This document shows, one piece after another, positions 1 to 11,700 of a stretch of 64,000 nt of DNA (positions are counted from its first letter, which is position 1; each line of letters opens with the position of its first letter). Source of the DNA: Ylistrum balloti (lineage: Eukaryota); the NCBI RefSeq assembly GCF_031769215.1, contig NW_026781955.1:248001-312000 (forward strand), given 5' to 3'. The notes under the pieces are model-generated. The model searched no databases. It saw nothing but the letters and a program-made list of their open reading frames with translations, and was not told the origin of the DNA. The position numbers and the translations under genes were made by a program.

Positions 1-592
1 AACATCAAACAAGCAAAACAACAAACAAAAAAGATCTCACAGTATATGATGGGTCGACTTAAAAGTTCTACGTCAAATCACATCTTGCGATATCGTTGGA
101 TTTTTCCTCACTAAACAACTTGCTAACATGTCTATATTTTCTGTCAATAGTGAATTGTATTATCAAATATAATTTCTAATTGTAACAGCACGATAAATCT
201 GACAATTGTTTGGGGAAAATGAAAAACTAGCAAGTAAGAGGCCTTGTCACTTCAAATTACCGGTTTTCGTTAAGTCGAAAGGCAAAAGAAAGATTCGTCT
301 ATGTGTGGTTTTCTTCTTAAGTCAGATGACGTCTGTGGAAATGCATTTAAAGCAATAAGTTTGTTCCATCCCGCAAGAATGACTTTATGGCGTCTCCTGT
401 AGATGCGTACACTTTTTAATCTTGAACAAAAATATGGTACAATAAAAATGCAATTTGATCAGCTCATCCAATCAAAAAAGTTGATGACCTTGTTCATTCT
501 CCTTCACCCTATCAACTCTTTCCTTTCGACAGTTAGCTCAGAAGCACTAATATTAGACCATATTGTTACGGTGACGTTCACAGAAAACTAAC

Positions 593-2280
593 AGTCCTTG
601 CTGTTTTCTCTGTATATGATGAGTTGAAGTGCAAGAATCCCTATGGCGTCAATTGAATATGTATGTTTGAAATTTACGATCTCATGATAGACCCTATAAA
701 CAGTTTTCTGGAATTGGTTTCACAACAAAAGCGCGTCTGATTGTCAGCTAAACACAAACTATCGAAGCAGCTGAGAACTTGAGACACAAAGGTTGATAAC
801 TTGAGGCACAAATAAAACCATTGGAAGCATTATTTATAAGCACGCCTGACCATAGACAACAAACCATATACTTACCTCCATCATGAAGTAACATTGAGAA
901 AAAAGTCATCTTGCCACTGTCCTGGATCTTCACGACATCCTGTGTAAATTCCCCAATTGTCGCGGCCATCTTCCATCTGTATTCTACAACACATTCAGTA
1001 TGTAATGTTAATCTGTTTTAATCTTAATTCCCCAGTGAGGTTTTGAAGCAAGTAATACATATATCCGGGAGATATCCGTTTCACCCTCCCCTGACTTAGC
1101 GCCAGACATATTGTGATAACACCAGGGTTATCTAAGCATAGGTACCGGCGTGATTGACGAACCGGTCAGAATATTCACTGATACTATTGTGTTGGCTTCA
1201 AAACTTTCGGGATAGATCGATGTTCGAGCGTTCCTTGGTGCTGTCAGCAACTATTTACTACCTTTAACCGTCAGTTTTTCAAATCATTCAGTTGCCTGTT
1301 ATCACAGAAGCTTGCGTGTTTCTAGGGACTAACCAAGTGCCCCACAGGATATATAATGATCGAGATAAAAGTCGTATTTTCTATACAACCAACGTTTGAT
1401 AATAAAAACTACATAAATATTTCATACAATACTTCAATGAACGTGATTTAGTTCATAAATAGAATAAAATAAATGATCAAAGAAACATTTTTCTTGAGAG
1501 CATGGTCGATCATAAAATCCATGAAAATTATCTCATAAAACAAAGAAAATACCAACATGTCAACAGAATCATAATCCAAACTTAAATTCAATAAAACAAA
1601 GATTTACTGAAAAAAAGTACATTGGGAATAAGGACATGTGTTCCGGAAGGGTAAGAGTCTTCTGCTTTGTCGAAACCATCCGCATTGTAAATCTTGATCG
1701 ATTTACGAAAGTAATGGCAAGTTCCCAAATGAGAACATGATAAATATCAACGGAACAAGCAGATATTCTAACTAGCGTCAAACACGTCCAACTTTATATC
1801 GCTTACAACTTATTCACAATTTCAACTTTATCAACAAAATAGCACGATAACTTACCGTTAAAACATTGTAAGTAATACCAAGTGCCGAGGTCTGATGAAT
1901 CCTGTGCTGGACAACGGTCCTTCTCTCTCAGATTCAAGAACGTTCGTCTTCTATCTACTCATTTTGTAGACTATACACATTTTGTAAGGTTCAATATAAC
2001 TTGAACGTTTCCGAAATTCGGTGTATCCCACTTGTAGAGTTTCGATTTCTTATCTGTCTCCACAGACAGAGTGATGTCCCTTTTTATCTTCCCTGTCTTT
2101 AATAACCAAGTGTGCGCCTCAAACCAACCATTCCTTTCATACACATGAACTGTCGTGCAATGTACAGATGTACATACCTTTTGCTTCACTCCTCTGTTGT
2201 TCCCGTGTTTCTCCTCCAATCTGCCTACAGCCTTCATCCTGTCCTCCGACCATACAATATAAAGAATTAGATCTCGGCAT
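593..2280 (-). CDS. Weak candidate multi-exon gene divergent from SKIC3, possibly lipocalin/calycin-like
   Basis: Minus-strand GT-AG exons 2280-2178, 1954-1856, 983-876 and 640-593 join in frame, all at phase 1: MPRSNSLYCMVGG...SEAK/DRRRTFLNLREKDRCPAQDSSDLGTWYYLQCFN/EYRWKMAATIGEFTQDVVKIQDSGKMTFFSMLLHDG/GILALQLIIYRENSKD. Donors are strong (GTATGT, GTAAGT, GTAAGT, GTTAGT). The acceptor at 1955 is weak, and acceptors were chosen to keep the frame open. The GTWY motif resembles lipocalin SCR1. Confidence 0.25.
1620..1700 (-). mobile_element. Short Penelope-like element 3' remnant
   Basis: gtgttccggaagggtaagagtcttctgc (about 1638-1665) matches the motif at 36552-36585 and, inverted, at 36970-37003. 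Both of those lie beside recognisable Penelope-type RT fragments. Confidence 0.35.
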
Positions 2281-3385
2281 CTTTGATGCATGGATGCTAT
2301 TGTTAAAAGGAATTATGTCTTGTATGTACACACACTAATCATCCGATGTTATCGGGATCCGATTATGATAAATGTCACCCTGTGTTCGTTTCTCTAACTA
2401 ATATAAAAAAAGTCAGTTTATTCAATCTTCCTGAGTATCACTGGTGAGTTCCTTTCAACCTGCCTTTTTTCTTGACCCCATCAACAGAACACCGCATTCT
2501 TTTTTCTCGCTTTAAGTGCTCTGTGAGCTTCCCTGGTACCTTTACATTGATACAAGCCTAACCAGTTGTCGGTCGGGACTCATTTATCAAACTTTATAAT
2601 TTGAAATTTTACAACAGTGGATAAAACTATTTTGAAATACATGGTGTATATCCTAGTGAATTTGATTTAATCGTCCCCTCTTAATTTTTCTTTTGTCCTA
2701 TTACAACGATTTTAATTACGTTTTACAGTTTTGTTTATCTGTCTATGATACAGAAGTATGTAGCTCTACAACAAACGTTGGATATTTGGTGGACATTGAT
2801 GTGCTAAGTATAAGTACATGAAGAGACAATAGAATCACTGTATTCACTGTATTAACATTTGTTTTAATAATAAATAGGTGACGTAATTGAGGGAAGACGT
2901 GTGGCGTTGTAGATGTTGTATTAATGGTGATGTATTACAAGTTACCTCCCTTCCACTTAATAAACCTTTCATTTTTTGTCACGACAATCTTTACTCGAGC
3001 TGCCGACAAGTGTTTGGTCAGCCCTCACAACACAAGCATCAAGTTCAAGAACATCAAATCAAGTTCACAAGTTCAAGATTTCAGATTCACACAAGTCAAA
3101 GTTCAATAGTTCAAGGCTAAAACAACTGTATAATTTGACCCTGGGTACTCAGGGAGTGTCAACAGTTGAAGTTCATCAATTGCTTTCATAAACTATTTGT
3201 CGCTGGGAACAGCGGACAAGTAGGCGACAAGTAGTCTAAAAAACTGTGCTATGGTTGTACTCTGCGCAAACGCCAAATAGCCAAGACATGTCATGAATAT
3301 GCTTTGGTCACCGCCACCCCGTAGTGTGGAGGGAGCCGCACAATTATAACTAGTCGTAACCTTATCCTACCTTTGTGATGAAATA

Positions 3386-3860
3386 TTACCAACATGGAAA
3401 ATACTGGATCCCCTCCCCTTTCAAGAGATATTCGAGAGCTCCCTGCAACCTATTTAAAAACACACTATTGCCCACCGGTCTGACAGGTGAACTTTATCAT
3501 CAGTGAAGAAGGTAGGTGATTCCCCTATGTCGGGGTATTTACTATAGTAACCCCTAGTGTTATAACTTCCTTCACTACAGCACTGTTTAACCTACGCCAA
3601 TATTTCTCCATGGCAGTTATATTATCCGAGCATCAATAATTCAGCCGGGCAGTATTTCTGAAAAAAATATATCTTGACACCAGGCAAAGAGATGAACAAC
3701 AACCGTAACACGCTTATAAAAGATCTACGGAAATTGGCTATAGGCACTTTCTCCACGTCATTTCCTCCATTATGGATCAACAGTACTTCAGTAAAGAGAT
3801 CTCCCTGACCAGTTGATTGATACCCAAGTCATTGTATACAAATCACACTTCCAGTTCTGT
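3386..3860 (-). pseudogene. SGNH/GDSL hydrolase ORF of the Ngaro-like element (frameshifted)
   Basis: EVLLIHNGGNDVEKVP (block III GxND, 3757-3790), KIYFFSEILP, AMEKYWRRLNSAV, GYYSKYPDIGESPTFFTDDKVHLS (block V DxxH) and VGNSVFLNRLQGALEY, spread over at least 3 frames. Confidence 0.75.
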
Positions 3861-3904
3861 AATGCCTTCGATACTGTGTTAGAAAACATAGCAAGTGACA
3901 TTCT

Positions 3905-4170
3905 TTAACCAGAGACATCTAGAAGAGTGATTACTGGAGTACGAATGTTATTATTGTATACACTACATGTATAATTCCATCGACCTGCTGCTTTTAGTCT
4001 CAGCTGAATGGCATGCTTTAAAAGCTGCTTTGCAGTCCCAGTACGGAAGGAATGGGTCTAGAGGCGAGCTGTATCTACGCCTAAACATCACAGAGCTTTT
4101 TGAGGCACAGCAGGAAATTGATATCTTGCCATAGGTTGGCACCAAAGTGACAAAACATCACATATTGCAG
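3905..4170 (-). pseudogene. Tyrosine recombinase C-terminal fragment
   Basis: FCHFG / ARYQFPAVPQKAL*CLGVDTARL*THSFRTG (HxxR box, 4037-4057) ... KAAGRWN...VYNNNIRTP*. This matches the DIRS/Ngaro YR pattern HSFRIG...GRWxSxxYxxYIR. Two in-frame stops. Confidence 0.8.
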
Positions 4171-4749
4171 GTGGACATAGCGGTGGATGATGTCCATTGT
4201 CAGGCTCAGATGGAGTTATTTATCTAAGTAATCAGACGCTTTGAATTATATAAATCATTAATTAACTATCAGCATATTTACGGTCATAATGACAAGTGAC
4301 TGCCCTTTCAGGATACCAGGATACGAAAGTCAGAACTTTTGTAGGCTATCGTAACCCTCTGTGGACTACCGTAAATTTTGTGACCTAAAATGGAACTGTA
4401 AACTCTTTTGGACTAACGAAAGACTACCGAAAACACGAGAAATCAGACCAGTCGCGGTGTACATTGTATATGTAGATAATTATATACTCAACTTGATCAG
4501 TTACATGAAAGTGGGCGCACGTGTAATGCTTATCACTTCCATTTATCCATCCGCCCATCTATCGCCACATTAGTAATCGTATTTATGAAAGTTCATCGTT
4601 CAATAAGGAAAGCATGTGTCAGCGCTAATTTGCCAAATAATTTATTGCTTAGTGCAACTCGTCATTTTGGTATTTGCAGTTTGACTGAAACTTGAGATAA
4701 CGAGTTTTGTCAAATAATGTTGTTGAAAACGTTTCGTTTGAGTATAACA

Positions 4750-4768
4750 GTGCACGTGCACGTGCGTG
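4750..4768. promoter_or_regulatory. Palindrome with two tandem CACGTG E-boxes, possible SKIC3 upstream element
   Basis: gtgcacgtgcacgtgcgtg, with CACGTG at 4753-4758 and 4759-4764, about 1 kb upstream of the first coding exon. TSS unknown. Confidence 0.25.
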
Positions 4769-5775
4769 GACATAATTAAATAGCAGAACTCTTCTGTCCA
4801 GAAGATAGAATACTGAGCGGTTTTAAGTTTTCATTTGGTAATTTAGTTTATATTTGAAAATTCAGCCCCAACAGAATAAAACAAAGTGTTTGCGGTAAAA
4901 AAAATGCTATCTCTGTGACAAATTTGCATGTGGTCTAAATCGAAAGTAGCAAAAGTAACAGGAAACGTGATGGAGTGATCGCCCTTTGGAAAAAATGGTG
5001 GCTTACACAAAATAAGTACGAGTGTAACCTATTTCTCGATTTGTGATTCGTTGTAGTACTTGTTTAGGACATAACATGAAAGCGAGTCTCCGTAATATAT
5101 ATTAATAATCCCTTCAATGAAAATGTTCTCCAAAGGCTAATTGTGACTGTTTTTTCTTCTTGTATTGCCATCATGTTATGTCGTATTTTACATGTGGAGT
5201 TTGATTCCGTCACATAAATCGTGACGTTAAACCATTTTTACACAAGATTACAACTAATAGGAATGTTATCAAATTGGAATATTTATGATTGTACATGAAT
5301 TAGGTGTTCAGCTCTATAAACCACAGCTCTCCGTCGAATTATCCAGAGATAACTCGCCCAGAAGGGATTAATTGATGAGCAAATCTGCTTTTATAACTGT
5401 GTACTTGTATGTATTTTCTTGACCTCAAAGTTAAACTTGTAATCAATGGCAAGATTGATAGGTGGTAGGAGGTTTATCAATTTGTATAAAAAAAACTATT
5501 GTCAGTTGACAGCATGTAACAATTATATAAAATAATTATATCTGGATTAGTTGAATGAGGAAAAATGTTATAATGACTGGTTAAAAAAAGTTTTATAATT
5601 TACTTGTACACCAATGTGTACAGGTTAGGAGAATGTGTCACAGTTCTAATCCATACCTTCAGATTCAAATATGTTTTCTTATATACAGTGTATATTGGTC
5701 AAGTAGTTAAAAGAAATCAAACTATCTGATGAACTTTGTTTTAGGTAAACTTCAGGAAACCATTCATATTGCATC

Positions 5776-8700
5776 ATGGACCCCAAAGAAGTCAAGGCAA
5801 CTTTGAAAAATGCCAGAGAATCAATAAGAAATAAAGAGTTCAAAGAAGCACTTAAACACTGCAAGGTTTGTCACACAATATTGTAATACATTGTAAACAA
5901 GCATATATCTCGGAGTGTAGGAGACAAAAGACACCATTCATAATCTGCTGTATATTGAGATTTACATTGAAATGATAAATCCTTATGATATGACTCGGCA
6001 TAACTTAAGTTTGTATCTAATCTGCCAACATGTCAAAACTGTTTTATGTTAGATTATTTTAGAAATTATATTGATAACAATGACCTTTGGCCTCTGTGAG
6101 GAGACTGTGAAGTGGTAGAATGTTGGTCTATGAAACCTCAGGTGAAGATGAGATGAGTTTGGTTCCATTCTCCCTACTGGTGGTGGTTTGTATTTCTCAG
6201 GAAGCTGCTGGGAAACAGACTAGACTGTGCTGACATTGATGTATCCTTGGGCAAGACACTTTACCCTAATTGCTCTGGATGCCACGAGACAGGCCTCCCA
6301 TATAATGTTCAGTGAGGTAGACCAAAGATACTATAAGGATACCTATCTCAAAATAACCTGGAATATTTCTGGGAGATAAACCCAGCACATAAACAAAGTG
6401 TTAAGTGTCCACCTTAATATTTGCAGTCTGTTTTGGCCTGTGATAAGAACAACTACAATGCATTGGTATTTGTGGGTGTCGCTGCCGAAGGACTGGACCA
6501 GATTGAGCAGGCAGTTAAAGCTTATAAAAGAGCCATAGAATCTTCTCCTGGTCAACCCTTGGCATGGCAGGGCCTAGGTGGTCTGTATGAGAAACGACCT
6601 TCAGCTGAACATGACACTGACTTGATCAGTGTTTACCAGAAGCTGCAGGAACTACATGGCAGGTATGGAGAACTCAAGTGAGGAATGTACAGATTTCTCT
6701 ATTGATAGAGTTCAATTTAGACAACCAATAAACATATCATATGAAATTGATGGTTTGGTAAACTTTACATGAATTAGATGTTCCAAAAGATTGATCAAAA
6801 GCCAGATGTTGTCTTTCTAGGTAAATATATCATGATATCAGTTTTAACTGCCACAACTTATCTCTTTTTAATTTCAAATTGTATTTTGAAAAACTGTCCT
6901 TTATGTATATTGATGACCATAGAGATTAAACCAACTTAAAACTCTGGTATTAGAATGAGTATGTATATTTCCAGATTCTGATATTTTCGTTACTTTCCAG
7001 TGACAAGGAGAAGCAGCGAGATATCCAAGTGAAACTTGCTAAGTTGTATATCAGACTTGAGGACCTAGAAAAGGTGAGAACTTTATGTAAGAGTTTGCAT
7101 TGTCAAAGTGTGATGAATAACAAAATTTTCACTCTTTTAAAATATTTCATATTCATTTTTTATACGGATAGAAAGGTACAGAGGTTGGTTTTAATTTAAA
7201 TCTTGAGCCTCAAAACACTCCAGACTGAAGTTTTAAGCAACTGATCTACCTATTCGACTATTCCCATGGTATTAGAGGCTGCTGGTCTTCATTTGAATAT
7301 ACACATGTAGCCATTGCCTTTCATTAACAACAGGAGTAGACACAAATTGTGCAACTTATGATTTCAAGGAGTTTAAAGTATTTCTCTAACATTGTATAAG
7401 AGGTTGATCTGTCACCCACAGTTTTTATCAAGTCCAATTAATTCTGCTACGTTCCTCATTCTTTCCACAAAGTCTTGTATACTGGAAAATTATGTATCTT
7501 ATAGGGCTCAGTTATCATTGACTTCACAATATATAAATATATATATAGATTTCCTGGATTTTTTTATTTCACAGGTAACTAGCTTGATGAATTCCCTTGT
7601 ACAAATTTTTAAGGTTCATGGACATTTTAATTCCTGGATGAAGTATACTAACAAAATGAACAAACATAAATTCGCCACAAAAATTGTTGAGTATATAGTA
7701 GTATTGTTGGCGTTGAAGAAAAGTTTCTGTACTTGATAATAAGCAACAATGGAATTTGGACATGAGGCCACTGGACTTACAACAAACACTGAGCAACTGC
7801 CACAGAAAAGTTCCAAAAGCAGTTAGTATGGGGTCAAAGATCACGATGATATAACACCAGTGTTTTTCACAGTGTCTTGTCTTATGTATAGTTTATTGTA
7901 GAGTAAAGATCTACAAACCATTCTCAGGTCATTTTGTGGTTTAACCTCGTTTTTTGTTGTAATACTTCAAGGGACAACAAATTTATGAAGATTTGATAAA
8001 AGGAGAACAAGATTCAGCCAGAAAAATCCAACTTCAAACTGACCTGGTGGATGTTCTGATGACAGAGAAAAAGTTGACAACTCCACAGGAACACATGGTG
8101 AGTTTGGTTTGGGTTGATATGACTTTGTAATAACTACATTTGTATACAGACAGTCTTTGCTCACAGCTTCTTTAATGAGTCACTGCACTGAGAAATCCTC
8201 ATTATACCTAACACTATAAAACGTACAAAGCTCTGTTTACTTTTAAATCTCAACCTCAAGCAGGAAGTGATAGGTAAGTATCAAGGTTTGTACTTTGGTT
8301 TGTCTAGGTCAAAAAGAAGAAAAGACTTCTTGCTAAAATGAACATCAATATCTTCCAAAGAGGGCATTGAAGAAATGGAAAGAATCACACTTATTTTAAT
8401 GAGTGTAGGAGACGACTACTTCTAATTCTTTTTGGTCATGTTTTTGAGAAAAAATGTACACAAGAAATGTTATAAAGGGTTCACCTGTTAGGCTTTGAGA
8501 TAATGCAGTTATTAACAGCAAGTTCTTACACAAAATTCCTTTCTCCTCGAAATGATTTTATGATTCATATACTTATAAATACTATGATCAAGCAATTCTT
8601 AAAATAAACTCAAAGGATGGTTTGTATTACTTCAGGACAAGAAGAAAACTTAATTAAAAATATGAAAAGTTTTCAATTGATACTGATTACTGTTAGAATA

Positions 8701-11700
8701 TGCTTCACAGTTGATGGAGCTGGTTACAACACTCACTGAAAAGGAGACCACAGTGACCTTCGCAAACCCAGATCAGTTAGTTACCAGGTACCTGGACCTT
8801 CTCATCAAGGTAGGCCAAATCTAAACAAAGCAAATCATTGGGTAGACAAGTAAATCATGATATTCAGTTGTCTATGTATTGTCCAGCATGATATGTTTGG
8901 GCTAGCAAAAAACAAAACAAAACAAAAAATAAAAAAAACAAGGAAAGACTTGTATGTGGTGAGACTTTACATAGAGAAAGACTTTAGAATTATAGAAAAT
9001 TGTTAATAAAATTACAGAAAATTGTTAATAAAATTATAGAAAATTGTTAATAAAATTATAGAAAATTGTTAATGAAATTCATTTGTATACTACACAGCAC
9101 CGTAAGGTGACCAGCTTGCCTGACCAGTGTGGTCGCCTTCAACTCATGTTTCCAGCTCTTTCCTATCCACTGGAACTTTTAATTATCCACTTCATGGAGA
9201 CAGATTCAGGTATTGTATTTCTTCTTATGCAACAAAATATTCATACTTCTTGCAACCAACTTTTTTCAAAAAAGGGATTTTTTTTTATGCTTTTTTATGG
9301 ATTATTTAACATATTATGAAGGTGTTCATTTCAACACTTGTGTTCAGTATGTGACAATGAATATCAGTTTCTGGCCTTCAATATTTTTTACCAATGACCA
9401 TACAAGTGTTTGTGTTTATATGTGAACTAAACCTGTGTGTATGTGTAAATGCAGATGTGTCACAACTTGAGAACACTGTGACTAAGCTAAATGATTTAGA
9501 TCCAAAGAGCCCATATCTTGTTGCCGCCCAGGGCTACCAGTTGCTGCGTCAGAAAATCTATGTACAAGCTCGACCACTGCTTGCTTCAGGTAGGTTTTAA
9601 AATTTAATAGCAGTTTTCTTGGGTCATATGTAAGGTCAGGGTTGTGGGGTCAAGATTGAAAGGTCAAGGGTATGAGGTCAGAGGTGAATGATGAGGGTTG
9701 TAAAGTCTGGGTTAAGATATCACAAGTGTTAGATGAGAATTATGTATGAGGTCACAGTTATGAGAGAAAGGATAGTTGTTAATGTGGCCTGTTCTATTTT
9801 CTGTTAGAGTTTTTCTTGTTTAAATGTTATCATCCCTTCACATTTAAATTTCATTGATTTTCACTCCAAATGTTCCCTTTTCTCTTTGTGATATTAAGAG
9901 TTTAAAACTGTATACATTGATTGTTTGTAGGAAGATCAAGATGATAACATTTTACAGTGTATGATGTGATTTCTACCTAAAAGTTCATTTCCCTTCGAAC
10001 ATTTTACAGTGTATGATGTGATTTCTACCTAAAAGTTCATTTCCCTTCGAACATTTTACAGTGTATGATGTGATTTCTATCTAAAAGTTCATTTCCCTTC
10101 GAACATTTTACAGTGTATGATGTGATTTCTACCTAAAAGTTCATTTCCCTTCGAACATTTTACAGTGTATGATGTGATTTCTACCTAAAAGTTCATTTCC
10201 CTTCGAACATTTTACAGTGTATGATGTGATTTCTATCTAAAAGTTCATTTCCCTTCGAACATTTTACAGTGTATGATGTGATTTCTATCTAAAAGTTCAT
10301 TTCCCTTCGAACATTTTACAGTGTATGATGTGATTTCTATCTAAAAGCGAACATTTTACAGTGTATGATGTGATTTCTACCATTTCCCTTCGAACATTTT
10401 ACAGTGTATGATGTGATTTCATTTTAATATGATGTGATTTCTATCTAAAAGTTCATTTCCCTTCATGTATAGGTATTCATAAATTTAACCCTAATCAGCC
10501 TATCTAATGCGGTGATGAATACATTTTCTTTTACAATGAAATTGAGGTTTACAGATGTATAGTAATATATACTCTTTCTATTTCTGAAGCTGCTGAGAAC
10601 CTGAAGAAGGTGGCTGTAGTACATTACTTCCTAGCTAAGGTATTGTCAGCACTGCACCTTTATAAAGAGGCACTGAAGACTTGTAATAACTGTAAGTAAA
10701 ATTCAACAGTGCCAAGGTATTATATTAAAACTAGTAAAATAATGCTTGAGTCACTGATACTGAAATTGACCGTAGACCTAAATTTAAAACTTATAAAAGG
10801 TCATTTGCTGATTTAGTGCATTGGGTGTAAATATTTTGTCGACAATTATATATGCTCTTAAAAATTTACATGAGGATGTAAGACCAATGTCATTGTTACC
10901 TCAAAACAACAATAAAGTATCTGGAGCATGTGACACCTGAAACCTGCAATTGGATTTTTTGAGACAAACTCACAAAACATGGTTTTCAGAAATGCAGACT
11001 GATGAAGATCATTTGAAAACATTTTCTGTATTTGTAGTGATCTCATTGAGAAATGTTCTGTTTTCCTTGTGCTATATGGAGTTGGATGTGCTTGATGGTC
11101 TTTAGAATGCCTGGTGGTCCTGTTGTTTTTTCCTTTGTTCTCATTTGGGAACATGACATTTCTTATTCGGATTGACCAAGATTTACATGACAGGTTTTAT
11201 TCTCCTCCTACTTTCTCAGGAGTCGTTTGTTCATGTTTTAGTTCACTTTCAGCAAAGTCGAGTTTGAATTCAAATTCTGTTGACATGTTATTTGCTGTTT
11301 AATATGTGTGATGCCTGTAGGTAGTTATCATATTCAGTTAGGAAGATTGTACTTTGATATATCAATATTATGTTTTTAAGTGAACTTACACAAGTTTTTC
11401 TTGACATGCAGGCTTTAATGTTATGCAGAAGAAGGACCGTGTGATGATATCAGGTGGTGAACTTGATGCACGTCTCTCTGTCCTACAGTCTCACATAGAC
11501 TACAGGATAGGTTCACCATCTTCAGTGGACAGAGCTATCCAAACACTTTCTCAGGTAAAAAGAGTGTCTCCAACAATCTCATATTTATTAAGTAATAGCC
11601 ACTTTACCACTTCTGATCTATCTGTATTAGAAATTTTTGAAGAATTTTTTTTGGTAAATGCAGATCACCGATTCCAAAAGTTTAATGAATCCAATAAATA

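Larger units (their letters stand above)
2930..4210 (-). mobile_element. Decayed tyrosine-recombinase retrotransposon (Ngaro/DIRS-like): YR C-terminus, SGNH hydrolase ORF and probable terminal repeat
   Basis: Minus-strand translation gives YR motifs at about 4170-3905 followed by SGNH motifs at about 3860-3386, with stops and frameshifts. YR followed by an SGNH hydrolase is the known gene order of animal Ngaro elements. Both boundaries are approximate. Confidence 0.7.

Noticed and set aside
1892-1920. Hammerhead-like CTGATGA-atcc-tgtgct-ggac
   Set aside because: It lacks the GAAA after stem II, and no stem III partner was found.
1-5700. ARSK orthologue head-to-head with TTC37, as in human
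   Set aside because: No sulfatase motifs were seen in any frame upstream of SKIC3.
7575-7613. Possible 39-nt SKIC3 exon ([13 protein letters not shown]) within ORF 7392-7736
   Set aside because: The donor (GTTCAT) is poor, and exon 7972-8097 already supplies the expected segment with strong splice sites.
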